Origin: a bacterium | Lineage (GTDB): Archaea > Aenigmatarchaeota > Aenigmatarchaeia > CG10238-14 > SCSR01 | DNA length: 40,257 nt | Assembly: GCA_027310405.1 (NCBI GenBank) | Contig: DAIDAX010000003.1 | Coordinates: forward strand, 1-40,257 | Reading direction: 5' to 3' | Shown here: positions 1-7,939 of the stretch, piece by piece | Numbering within the stretch: the first letter of the stretch is position 1 | How the letters are laid out: each line of letters starts with the position of its first letter | Made by a program: the position numbers and the translations under genes | Notes under the pieces: generated by a model | The model's input: the letters and a program-made list of their open reading frames with translations, nothing else | What the model was told of the DNA's origin: nothing | Databases searched by the model: none

Positions 1-2
1 GC

Positions 3-395
3 AGAGGATTTAGCATTGGCAAGTATGGATTTTTTCACGGACATGCATGGCCGTCAAAAGAAACTCTATCATGTGATTATCTTTTCATGGGACATCTTCA
101 GCCCGGAATAGAATTTGTCGACGATTTTAGACACCGATTAATTGAACAGGTTTGGGTGAAAACAAATCTGAACCAAGAAAAAATAAAAAAGAAATTCGAA
201 TTGAAAAAAGCTGGAAAACTCGAAACAACAATAGTTCCTGCTTTCAATCCTCTTCTTGGTTGTGCGATACTCAACAAAATGACTCCCCAAGATTACGAAG
301 GGCCATTCTTGACAGATTCTGTAATCAATTTGAAAGAATCTGAAATTTATTTGTTAGATGGAACTTCGCTAGGAAAATTAAAAGAGATTAGGTAG
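3..395 (+). CDS. Metallophosphoesterase (calcineurin-like, MJ0037-type), 5'-truncated by window edge
   Basis: The frame of ORF 87..395 is open back to position 3: RGFSIGKYGFFHGHAWP...FMGHLQP...IVPAFNPL. It contains HGH, GHx(H/Q)P and PAF motifs typical of the family's C-terminal half. Confidence 0.75.
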   Translation, partial: RGFSIGKYGFFHGHAWPSKETLSCDYLFMGHLQPGIEFVDDFRHRLIEQVWVKTNLNQEKIKKKFELKKAGKLETTIVPAFNPLLGCAILNKMTPQDYEGPFLTDSVINLKESEIYLLDGTSLGKLKEIR

Positions 396-2096
396 CATTT
401 CTTTCTCGTCTTCGCCCAACTTGCTCCAGACTTCTTTCAGGATTTTTTTCATGTTGTCAGTTATAACTACCGACAGAGTGTCCCCTTCCTTAACCTGCCT
501 GCCGACTGTTACATTCTCCAAACTTATTGCAACTCTGTCACCCTTCTTCGCTTCCATGATGCTTTTGCTTTCCTTTTGAATTTCTTTAACCCTGTCAACA
601 GTTTTTTGTCCACGTTGCAAAGCTGCACCAGGTTTCAGAACTCCACGTAAAATTTCCACACCAAACACGGCCGGATTCGATTGTCTGAATACAGTTCCTT
701 TCAAAATTTTTAATTCGCAAGGTCTCGTGACAAGTTGCAATTTTTCTTCGAGTTCTCGTTCTCTTTCTTTCTCGACCCAAGTTTTGTACTCTTCAATCAG
801 TTGGTAAATAATTTCATTCCTGAAAATCTTTATTTTCAAATCCTTCGCAAGCGTTTCTATCTCTTCCGGAACCTTTACATTGAACGCGAGTACAACTTTT
901 CTAAAACGATCATTGACGTTTTGGGTTTCTACAACATCTTGCTTGTTGACAGTTCCAACCTCTGCAAATCTTATCGGTACATCATTTTCCTGTAAAATTT
1001 TTATCATCGCTTCTAAACTTCCGAGAGTATCAGCCTTGATTCCAACTCCGTCTTGAGATTTTTCGAACTGAAGTTCAGAAAGTTCAGTCTTCACCATTTC
1101 CTTGGCTTTTTCAATTTCATTTTCTTTCTGCACAAAAATTATCGGCGATCCAGCAACAATTTTTTCCAAATCTGGTGCAGAAATTTTAATTCCAGCGGCA
1201 GCAGAAACTTCATTTACTGCTTCAAACTGTTTTTCTATTCTGAGCTCCTGCAAATTTCTTGGACGGAGGAGTGCTTTTATTTTTGTTGCAATAATTTCAT
1301 TCCCACCAATGACAGCGAACCAGCCTTTACCTATTTTTCCGTCATAAAGAATTACATCAATTGTAGTTCCTAGACCCTTTACATCTTTAACTTCGAGAAC
1401 GCTACCTCTTGCAATGTTTGATATTGTTAATCTGTCTTTCAAAAATTGTTGTGCAAGTCCAGACAAAACCATCAACAAATCCGATACACCTTCACCACTA
1501 ACGCTAGAGATTGGAACAATTGCGATTTGTTTTGTGAAATTTTCTATCCTGTCGAACTGTTCTGCATTCAATCCACGTTCTGCAAGTTGATTGACAAGTT
1601 TGTAAACGAAATTTTCGACGTCTTCTTTTACATCGTCTCTCTGTTGCGCAAAAGAATCGATGAACGAAGCATTTGCAATTTGTCTCCAACCTTTAAGCTT
1701 GTCAATTTTAGTTGCAGCAACAACGAAGGGTGTTTTAAATTCGCGAAGTATGCTCAGACTTTCATCCGTCTGTTCTTGAAACCCCTCAGTTATATCGACG
1801 ACAAGGATTGCTAAATCGGAAACTGCACCACCGCGTCTGCGCATTCCAATAAACGCTTTGTGTCCAGGCGTATCAATGAATAGCAAACCGGGAACTTCCA
1901 ACTTTATATCAAATTTTTGTAATTGTTTTCCAGAAAATTTTTCAATCACCGACAATGGAACGTAGCTTGCTCCAGTGTGTTGCGTTAGTGCGCCAGGTTC
2001 TTGTTTGGTTACCGCCGTTCCTCGTATTCTGTCGAGTAACGAAGTCTTTCCGTGATCACTATGTCCAACTGTGACAATTATTGGTGAACGCAACAT
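378..2096 (-). CDS. infB: Translation initiation factor aIF5B (IF-2)
   Basis: N-terminal LRSPII, G1 GHSDHGKT, DTPGH, TKID; 572 aa archaeal-length IF2. Confidence 0.97.
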   Translation of the reverse strand: MLRSPIIVTVGHSDHGKTSLLDRIRGTAVTKQEPGALTQHTGASYVPLSVIEKFSGKQLQKFDIKLEVPGLLFIDTPGHKAFIGMRRRGGAVSDLAILVVDITEGFQEQTDESLSILREFKTPFVVAATKIDKLKGWRQIANASFIDSFAQQRDDVKEDVENFVYKLVNQLAERGLNAEQFDRIENFTKQIAIVPISSVSGEGVSDLLMVLSGLAQQFLKDRLTISNIARGSVLEVKDVKGLGTTIDVILYDGKIGKGWFAVIGGNEIIATKIKALLRPRNLQELRIEKQFEAVNEVSAAAGIKISAPDLEKIVAGSPIIFVQKENEIEKAKEMVKTELSELQFEKSQDGVGIKADTLGSLEAMIKILQENDVPIRFAEVGTVNKQDVVETQNVNDRFRKVVLAFNVKVPEEIETLAKDLKIKIFRNEIIYQLIEEYKTWVEKERERELEEKLQLVTRPCELKILKGTVFRQSNPAVFGVEILRGVLKPGAALQRGQKTVDRVKEIQKESKSIMEAKKGDRVAISLENVTVGRQVKEGDTLSVVITDNMKKILKEVWSKLGEDEKEMLPNLF

Positions 2097-2168
2097 ATAA
2101 TCAACCTATATTTTTTTCGGAAATGAACTTTAATAAGACTTTAATCTTTATCGTTTTAGTTTTTACAA

Positions 2169-3152
2169 ATGCAACTTATTATTGATGAATTTGGTACATT
2201 CATTGGCAAGAAGGAGAACAGATTCAAAATAATAATTAAGGAAAAGAAACAAGAATTCTCAGCAGATAAAGTAAGCCAAATTATAGTATCCTCGGCTTCT
2301 TCGATTTCCACAGATGCAATAAAATTAGCAATTGAAAATGGAATTGACATAGTATATATAAATTTCATTGGTAAACCCTATGCTCGCATTTACCCCTGTC
2401 AACTTGGTGGGACTACATTAACTCGGCGTATGCAAGCAAAAGAATATACTAGTCAGAGGGCAGCAGATGCAGTTAGAAGTATAGTTAAATCAAAAATAGT
2501 CAACCAAATTAATCTTTTGAAATACTTGAGTAAAGCTCGTAAAGATATAGATTTTGCAACAGAAATTCAAAAAATGAGTGATATGGTGGATAGCATAGAG
2601 TCCTTTGATGGGGATATAGATATTATCAGAGATAAGTTGCTTGGCGTTGAGGGTTATGCCGGAAATTTATACTTTTCCTGTCTAGCGAAGATTTTACCAT
2701 TCGAGAAGAGGGAACATGAAGCCAAAGATCCTTTCAATGTGATGCTAAATTACGGCTATGGAATTCTCTATTCTGAAATAGAAAAGGTCTGCGTACTTGC
2801 AGGTTTAGATCCTTATTTGGGATTTCTTCATACGGACAGATACGGCAAACCTTCGATGGTACTAGACTTGATTGAGGAGTTCCGCCAAGCTATTGTTGAT
2901 CGCGCAATAATAACAGTTTTTGCAAGGAAACAAGTTGAAGACAGTGATTTTGAAACTTCAGGCAATGAATTTTTGCTTAGTCCAAAGGGAAGGAAAAAAG
3001 TTATAGAAGCCGTTATGGAAAGATTGCATTCGAGAACAAAATATAAGAATCGTGAGTTGAGTCTACAAGGAATTATGTTGGAGCAAGCGAGGTTGTTTGC
3101 AAAAATGCTACTTGGGCAAGCAAAATATGACGCATTAGTTTACAAGTGGTAG
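2169..3152 (+). CDS. cas1: CRISPR-associated integrase Cas1
   Basis: Catalytic E (LLGVEG), NVMLNYGY, H (LGFLH), D/E (LDLIEEFR); first gene of the cas operon. Confidence 0.97.
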   Translation: MQLIIDEFGTFIGKKENRFKIIIKEKKQEFSADKVSQIIVSSASSISTDAIKLAIENGIDIVYINFIGKPYARIYPCQLGGTTLTRRMQAKEYTSQRAADAVRSIVKSKIVNQINLLKYLSKARKDIDFATEIQKMSDMVDSIESFDGDIDIIRDKLLGVEGYAGNLYFSCLAKILPFEKREHEAKDPFNVMLNYGYGILYSEIEKVCVLAGLDPYLGFLHTDRYGKPSMVLDLIEEFRQAIVDRAIITVFARKQVEDSDFETSGNEFLLSPKGRKKVIEAVMERLHSRTKYKNRELSLQGIMLEQARLFAKMLLGQAKYDALVYKW

Positions 3153-3154
3153 AT

Positions 3155-3475
3155 ATGTTGCATTGGATTATATACGACATAACAAGCAATAAGTTACGTT
3201 CGAAAGTTGCAAACAAATGCAAGAATTATGGAATGATACGTGTACAAAAGAGTGCTTTCCTCGGTGAGCTTACTCAAAACAAAGCTGAGATGCTTTCACT
3301 TGAAATTCATGAAGTTCTAGGAAAATCAAAAGATGCAGTTTTTATTTTTCCTTCATGTAAAGAATGTTTTGCAGATAAAATAATTGAAGGTTATTTAGAC
3401 GAAGAGTTTGTAAAGAAAAAAGATTTTCTAATAATTGGTGATGAGCATGGAAAAAAAGTACTTGACAGCAACTGA
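3155..3475 (+). CDS. cas2: CRISPR-associated Cas2
   Basis: WIIYDI and RVQKSAF motifs. ATG at 3155 is just after the cas1 stop; GTG 3146 is an alternative start. Confidence 0.95.
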   Translation: MLHWIIYDITSNKLRSKVANKCKNYGMIRVQKSAFLGELTQNKAEMLSLEIHEVLGKSKDAVFIFPSCKECFADKIIEGYLDEEFVKKKDFLIIGDEHGKKVLDSN

Positions 3476-4025
3476 TCTAATGAACTACAGCTACTGCCCT
3501 CGAATAATTTACTATACACAAGTCCTAAAAAAACCGCAGTTCACAACAAAAAAAGAATTTAAGGGGAGAGAAAAAGAAAGTGAGTTTAAAAGAAATGCAA
3601 ATAGAACAAAAGTTGTCAAGGATTATCCCAAACTTCCCAAAGTTTTTAAAGTTCACCTGGTCTCAGAAAAATTAGGGTTAAAGACTATTCTTGATTCCAT
3701 AATGATCGACAAAGAAAAGAATGAAGAATATCCTATACAGGCGAAATACAGTTTCAAGCCAAAGAAATTATTCAAGACACAAAGAGATCAATTGATGATG
3801 GAAGGTCTTCTGATAGAGGAGTGTCTTGGTTACAGAGTTCCATTTGGTTTTATAAAATTTTTAAAGTCTGGAGATTTGATTAAAGTCAATCTCGAAAATA
3901 AGTCGGAAGTGATTAATTTATTTAATAGAATATCAGAGATAATTAGAAACGAGAAGTTTCCAAAACCTACACCATATGGAAAAAGATGTGTAGACTGCTG
4001 CTATAAAAAAGATTGTTGGGGATAG
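3447..4025 (+). CDS. cas4: CRISPR-associated Cas4 with divergent nuclease motifs
   Basis: YCPR plus C-terminal CVDCCYKKDC Fe-S cysteines; GGTGA SD before ATG 3447; position between cas2 and the effector. Confidence 0.9.
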   Translation: MEKKYLTATDLMNYSYCPRIIYYTQVLKKPQFTTKKEFKGREKESEFKRNANRTKVVKDYPKLPKVFKVHLVSEKLGLKTILDSIMIDKEKNEEYPIQAKYSFKPKKLFKTQRDQLMMEGLLIEECLGYRVPFGFIKFLKSGDLIKVNLENKSEVINLFNRISEIIRNEKFPKPTPYGKRCVDCCYKKDCWG

Positions 4026-4026
4026 A

Positions 4027-5655
4027 GTGAAAATAGTAACGAGAACATTGTCGCTTGGTATAATTAGACCCTATTATGGTAAAGAAGTAGAAGGAAGGAT
4101 AAAGGCTGAAAAAGATAATAGAGAGAAAGAATTTTTAGCAGCAAATAAAAATCTAATCTCTGATGAAAACGAACTGAAAAAGAAGGCTAAAGAAGCAAGA
4201 AAATTAGACCCAGCTTTTTGGTCTGCCCTTAAGAAAGAAAACCCAGAAATATTTACAATGAGAGAATTATCAGCCTTATTTTCACAACTGCAAAGACAAT
4301 ATGCACTTTTATACAATGAGACTATTAGTAAAATTTACGTTGAAGCACTTAAAACCAGAAAACTTAGTCGCGTGCAAAGTTTACTTAGTTCAATCGGCTA
4401 TAAGAAAGCTTATGAGGCATTCAAGGATTCTTCACTCGCATCTGGGTTAAGACAAAAATTACAAAGCAACTTCAATAAATCTAAATTTTATAATCTGATT
4501 AATGCAAGAATATCTTTACCCACAGCAACTTCTACAAATTTTCCTGTTTCTATATACAGGCAGACAAGCAGTGACAAATATGCAGGTTTTGAGATTCAGC
4601 CTAATAAGGAAGATTTCGTAATAAAGCTAACTTTGCCTGAATTCAAAATTAAGGAGAATGTTAATCCCAAAACTAAGAAAAAATTTCTTAGTTTTGAATT
4701 TTTAAAATCTCAGAAAAAGAAAGAAATATTTCTACTACTCTCAACAAAACGAAGAAGACAAAATGATAAACAATGGTTTGCTGATGAAGGTACAAGTGCT
4801 GAAATAAGAAAAGTAATTAATGGAGATCTAAAAAAAGAATGGGCAGAATATGCCAAAAGATTTGGAAAAGATAAAAATGAAAAAGACCAATTAAGAAATA
4901 AGTACAAAATTGGTTGGCTTGAAATAAGAAAGGGTAAAAAAATAGGCGAAAAATTTCGATGGTTTTTAAACTTAGTTATAGAACTGCCACCCAAAATGCA
5001 AAGATTAGATAAGAATATAGTTGGCGGAATAGACATCGGTGTCTCTAATCCAATCGTATGTGCTTTGAATAATTCTTTGAAAAGATATACAATAGGTAAT
5101 AACGATGTACTTTCATTTAATCGACATATGCAGGCTAGAAGGAGAATTCTTTTAAGAAAGAATCTCTTTAAAAGAAAAGGTCATGGGTCGAATAACAAAC
5201 TAGAGCCAATAACCTCTCTTACAGAAAAGAGCGAACGTTTTAGGAGTAAGATAATTGAGAGATGGGCAAAAGAGGTACAAAGATTCTTTTTACAAAATAG
5301 TTGTGGTATTGTTCAAATGGAAGATCTTAGTAACCTAAAAAATAAAGAAGATAATTTCTTTAATTTGTTTTTACGTGGTAAATGGCCATACGCAGAAATG
5401 CAAAATAACATAGAAAGAAAATTATCAGAAATTGGTATAGAAGTAAAAAAGATTTCTCCTAAATATACATCTCAGTTATGTTCAAACCCAAAATGTTTGA
5501 ACTGGAACAAGTGGTTTACATTTGCTTATAGAAAAGAAAATCGTTTTCCGTTATTTAAATGTGAGAAATGTAATTTAGAGGTTCCGGCTGACTACAATGC
5601 AGCTAAAAATATAGCTAATCCTAAAATAGAAAAAATAACAGAACGATTACGTTAG
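4027..5655 (+). CDS. cas12f: Type V-F effector Cas12f1 (Cas14a-like), 542 aa
   Basis: RuvC-I VGGIDIG, RuvC-II VQMEDL, Zn finger CSNPKC...CEKC, RuvC-III ADYNAAKNI. Cas14a-type blocks LLLSTKRR, DEGTSAEIRKV, KRKGHGSNNKLEPI, WPYAEMQ. Lies between cas1/2/4 and tracrRNA/array. Confidence 0.95.
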   Translation: MKIVTRTLSLGIIRPYYGKEVEGRIKAEKDNREKEFLAANKNLISDENELKKKAKEARKLDPAFWSALKKENPEIFTMRELSALFSQLQRQYALLYNETISKIYVEALKTRKLSRVQSLLSSIGYKKAYEAFKDSSLASGLRQKLQSNFNKSKFYNLINARISLPTATSTNFPVSIYRQTSSDKYAGFEIQPNKEDFVIKLTLPEFKIKENVNPKTKKKFLSFEFLKSQKKKEIFLLLSTKRRRQNDKQWFADEGTSAEIRKVINGDLKKEWAEYAKRFGKDKNEKDQLRNKYKIGWLEIRKGKKIGEKFRWFLNLVIELPPKMQRLDKNIVGGIDIGVSNPIVCALNNSLKRYTIGNNDVLSFNRHMQARRRILLRKNLFKRKGHGSNNKLEPITSLTEKSERFRSKIIERWAKEVQRFFLQNSCGIVQMEDLSNLKNKEDNFFNLFLRGKWPYAEMQNNIERKLSEIGIEVKKISPKYTSQLCSNPKCLNWNKWFTFAYRKENRFPLFKCEKCNLEVPADYNAAKNIANPKIEKITERLR

Positions 5656-5656
5656 A

Positions 5657-5664
5657 TTTATAAG
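5657..5664 (+). promoter_or_regulatory. TATA box for tracrRNA
   Basis: TTTATAAG right after the cas12f stop, ~25-30 nt upstream of the first tracr stem. Confidence 0.5.
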
Positions 5665-5687
5665 TAAGCTAAACAATGATTAAATTA

Positions 5688-5840
5688 TTCCTCTCTCTGG
5701 GAGTTAGATTTAGCATACAGCAGTATGCAGAGGCTAACTAAAGAGTCAGAGTGGGCAGCTTGCATCTGCCTAACATCGAGAAGTGCCTTCTATAGGTAAC
5801 CCTCGAAATACAAATTCAGTTCAAGAGTTACTGGAATTTC
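5688..5840 (+). ncRNA. Cas12f1 tracrRNA (ends approximate)
   Basis: The core GTGGGCAGCTTGCATCTGCCTAACATCGAGAAGTGC...GTAACCCTCGAAA..CAAATTCA closely resembles the Un1Cas12f1 tracrRNA as I recall it. TTGCAT (5760-5765) pairs with the repeat's 3' ATGCAA. AGTTACTGGAAT (5826-5837) is a perfect 12-nt complement of the repeat's 5' end. Confidence 0.9.
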
Positions 5841-5927
5841 TTTATAAAGCATGTTGCAAAAACTAAATATTCAAAAAACTCATTTGAAAATAATTACAAT
5901 AAGCCGAACTGCGAACATTTACAGGCT
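5841..5927 (+). promoter_or_regulatory. CRISPR leader with TATA box TTTATAAA (5841-5848)
   Basis: AT-rich non-coding stretch between the anti-repeat and repeat 1. Orientation is inferred from the repeat's ATGCAAC 3' end. Confidence 0.65.
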
Positions 5928-6333
5928 ATTCCAGTAACTGAATTAATGAATTAAGAAATGCAACTTTCTCTCATAACAACAGATTGAACTTCTATATTTA
6001 AAATTCCAGTAACTGAATTAATGAATTAAGAAATGCAACCCGCAATAGCTTATATTTATGAGAAGGAAATCGAATATTCCAGTAACTGAATTAATGAATT
6101 AAGAAATGCAACTCTGGAATCTTTAAGTTGTAGAGTTTCATTATTTTTTATTCCAGTAACTGAATTAATGAATTAAGAAATGCAACAGCAAATTAATTTG
6201 CGGAACGAGAACGGTTGGGTAAATTCCAGTAACTGAATTAATGAATTAAGAAATGCAACTCCAAAAGAAATTGATGTCCCGCAGTCGAACTTAAAAATTC
6301 CAGTAACTGAATTAATGAATTAAGAAATGCAAC
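5928..6333 (+). CRISPR. CRISPR array: 6 identical 37-nt repeats ATTCCAGTAACTGAATTAATGAATTAAGAAATGCAAC, 5 spacers (38, 36, 37, 36, 37 nt)
   Basis: Repeats start at 5928, 6003, 6076, 6150, 6223 and 6297; spacers are unique. Confidence 0.99.
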
Positions 6334-6388
6334 TAAGAATTTACGCTTTAATTTACCTAATAAAATATAGATAACTGTGTCGCTGACA

Positions 6389-6814
6389 ATGGCCGATATC
6401 ACACCAGTTGGATTGTGCATAGCAACTCAAGAACTTTTTGACGCGAAAAGATACAGACAGAATTTTTGTGACAATGTTTTGCTGCGAATGAGAGACAGAA
6501 ACATCGAAGAAGTAATTGTTCCAGTCAAACGAGAATTAATTTCTGACATTGCTCATAAAAAATTTTTAGAAGGACACAAGATTGCAATTATAAGTAACTT
6601 AGATAAAATACTTTCTCTAACTGCACGTTATGTGAACATCAATGCAACTTCTGTCAACGCAATAATTAAAAATGGAAAAGAACTGATGATAAAAGTTCTT
6701 TTCTCTGACAACTTCGATCAGATTGCAAATCTCGAAGCGACATTCCGCACAAAAATCAGTTTGCCAGTCTACTCGTTGTTCCTAGAATATTCGAAGGAGC
6801 ACAAGTTGGTCTGA
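6389..6814 (+). CDS. Hypothetical protein
   Basis: Open frame with host-like codons (GTG 6377 or ATG 6389); no recognised motif. Confidence 0.75.
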   Translation: MADITPVGLCIATQELFDAKRYRQNFCDNVLLRMRDRNIEEVIVPVKRELISDIAHKKFLEGHKIAIISNLDKILSLTARYVNINATSVNAIIKNGKELMIKVLFSDNFDQIANLEATFRTKISLPVYSLFLEYSKEHKLV

Positions 6815-6985
6815 ATGCAAAACGAGATTGATCTCGAGCTTGAAAGATTGCATGACAAGAAAATGGAACTTTCAGGAAGATTGAAAATCGTCAGAGATTC
6901 AAAAGAAAAGGAAGTAATCCGTTTGCAACTCGAAAGACTACAGAGTCAGATCGAAACTTTAGAACGCTTTAAGACAAAAACTTAG
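6815..6985 (+). CDS. Small coiled-coil protein, 56 aa (MQNEIDLELERLHDKKMEL...)
   Basis: ATG immediately follows the upstream TGA; heptad-like L/E/K pattern; below the ORF-track cutoff. Confidence 0.7.
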   Translation: MQNEIDLELERLHDKKMELSGRLKIVRDSKEKEVIRLQLERLQSQIETLERFKTKT

Positions 6986-7352
6986 GGAATTTTTTGTTTT
7001 GAATTATGTTGTGTGCAACCAGTCCAGCCGCGACTGCAATTGCGTGAAAGTTTACAAGAACAGTTGTCACTCCGATGAGAGCCGTTGATGCAACTAAGAT
7101 AGCCGCTCCAACTACCCAGTGATGTAGATTGTACATTCTCTTTCCGATGTAAAGAATCGAACGAGAGTTATCGTATCTCAGTTTTTTCGTGAGCAGTTTG
7201 AGATTTCTCTTAGTTTTTTTCAATCCGACTTGAAAAGTTAGAACAGCCTGAATTTTTGTGCGAGTGTAAATCTCAGCAATCAGCATAGATAAACCAAATA
7301 GAGCTAAATCTACCGAACCGAATCCATATGCTAGAGTTGTCAAATCGAACAT
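6969..7352 (-). CDS. Hypothetical membrane protein
   Basis: About three hydrophobic segments; LHHWVVG motif. Confidence 0.75.
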   Translation of the reverse strand: MFDLTTLAYGFGSVDLALFGLSMLIAEIYTRTKIQAVLTFQVGLKKTKRNLKLLTKKLRYDNSRSILYIGKRMYNLHHWVVGAAILVASTALIGVTTVLVNFHAIAVAAGLVAHNIIQNKKFPKFLS

Positions 7353-7396
7353 TTTCCAGCCCTTTAATTAAAAATTCGAGATAAGTACTTAAATAA

Positions 7397-7537
7397 CTAT
7401 TCTCCAGGAACCGGATGTGATGGAGTTTCTCCGCTGAAAAACTTAAAGTAAATCAAAATGAACGCAATGACAACGAGTATGATTCCAACTATTATCCATA
7501 CTGTCGGATCAGCAAAACTGATGTCCTGTATCGCCAT
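7397..7537 (-). CDS. Small single-pass membrane protein, 46 aa (MAIQDISFADPTVWIIVGIILVVIAFILIYFKFF...)
   Basis: ATG..TAG frame with one clean TM helix followed by K; fills the intergenic gap. Confidence 0.7.
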   Translation of the reverse strand: MAIQDISFADPTVWIIVGIILVVIAFILIYFKFFSGETPSHPVPGE

Positions 7538-7585
7538 TAAAAACAATTTGTAAGTTTTAAATATTAAATGTCGTTCTATATACGT

Positions 7586-7927
7586 ATGAAAACTATCTGC
7601 GAAGTCGTGATAACAAACTTCATGCCCGCAGTACGAGCGATGGTCACAAAGGAATTAACGGGAACTTACGGTCTTTCTCAAAGTGAAGTGGCGAAAAAAT
7701 TGCAGATAACGCAACCAGCAGTCTCTTACTATCAACGTGAACTGCGTGGAGCGAAGGTGAGACAACTTCAGAGCAATGAAAAAGTTGTGCAGTTTGTGAA
7801 AAATCTTTCTGCAGAAATTGCAAATGGAACTTTGAAGGTGATAGATTTGCATGGATTGTACAAAACGTTGAAGGAAGAAAAAATTCTGAATGGAGAATTT
7901 CTAGAGTGCAGTTGTTCTACTTCTTAG
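7586..7927 (+). CDS. HTH transcriptional regulator (archaeal COG2522-like)
   Basis: CEVV...PAVRA N-terminus and HTH LSQSEVAKKLQITQPAVSYY. Confidence 0.88.
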   Translation: MKTICEVVITNFMPAVRAMVTKELTGTYGLSQSEVAKKLQITQPAVSYYQRELRGAKVRQLQSNEKVVQFVKNLSAEIANGTLKVIDLHGLYKTLKEEKILNGEFLECSCSTS

Positions 7928-7939
7928 ATAAAAATTTTT

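Noticed and set aside
4027-5655. Calling the RuvC protein an IS200/IS605 TnpB
   Set aside because: It sits with cas1/2/4, a tracrRNA and an array, has Cas14a-specific blocks, and there is no TnpA or IS ends.
2128-6351. CTTTAAT on both sides of the Cas locus as a target-site duplication
   Set aside because: Short AT-rich word that also looks like promoter sequence; no transposase or terminal repeats.
6334-6376. A sixth spacer plus degenerate terminal repeat
   Set aside because: Only TAACTG matches the repeat, which is expected by chance in AT-rich DNA.
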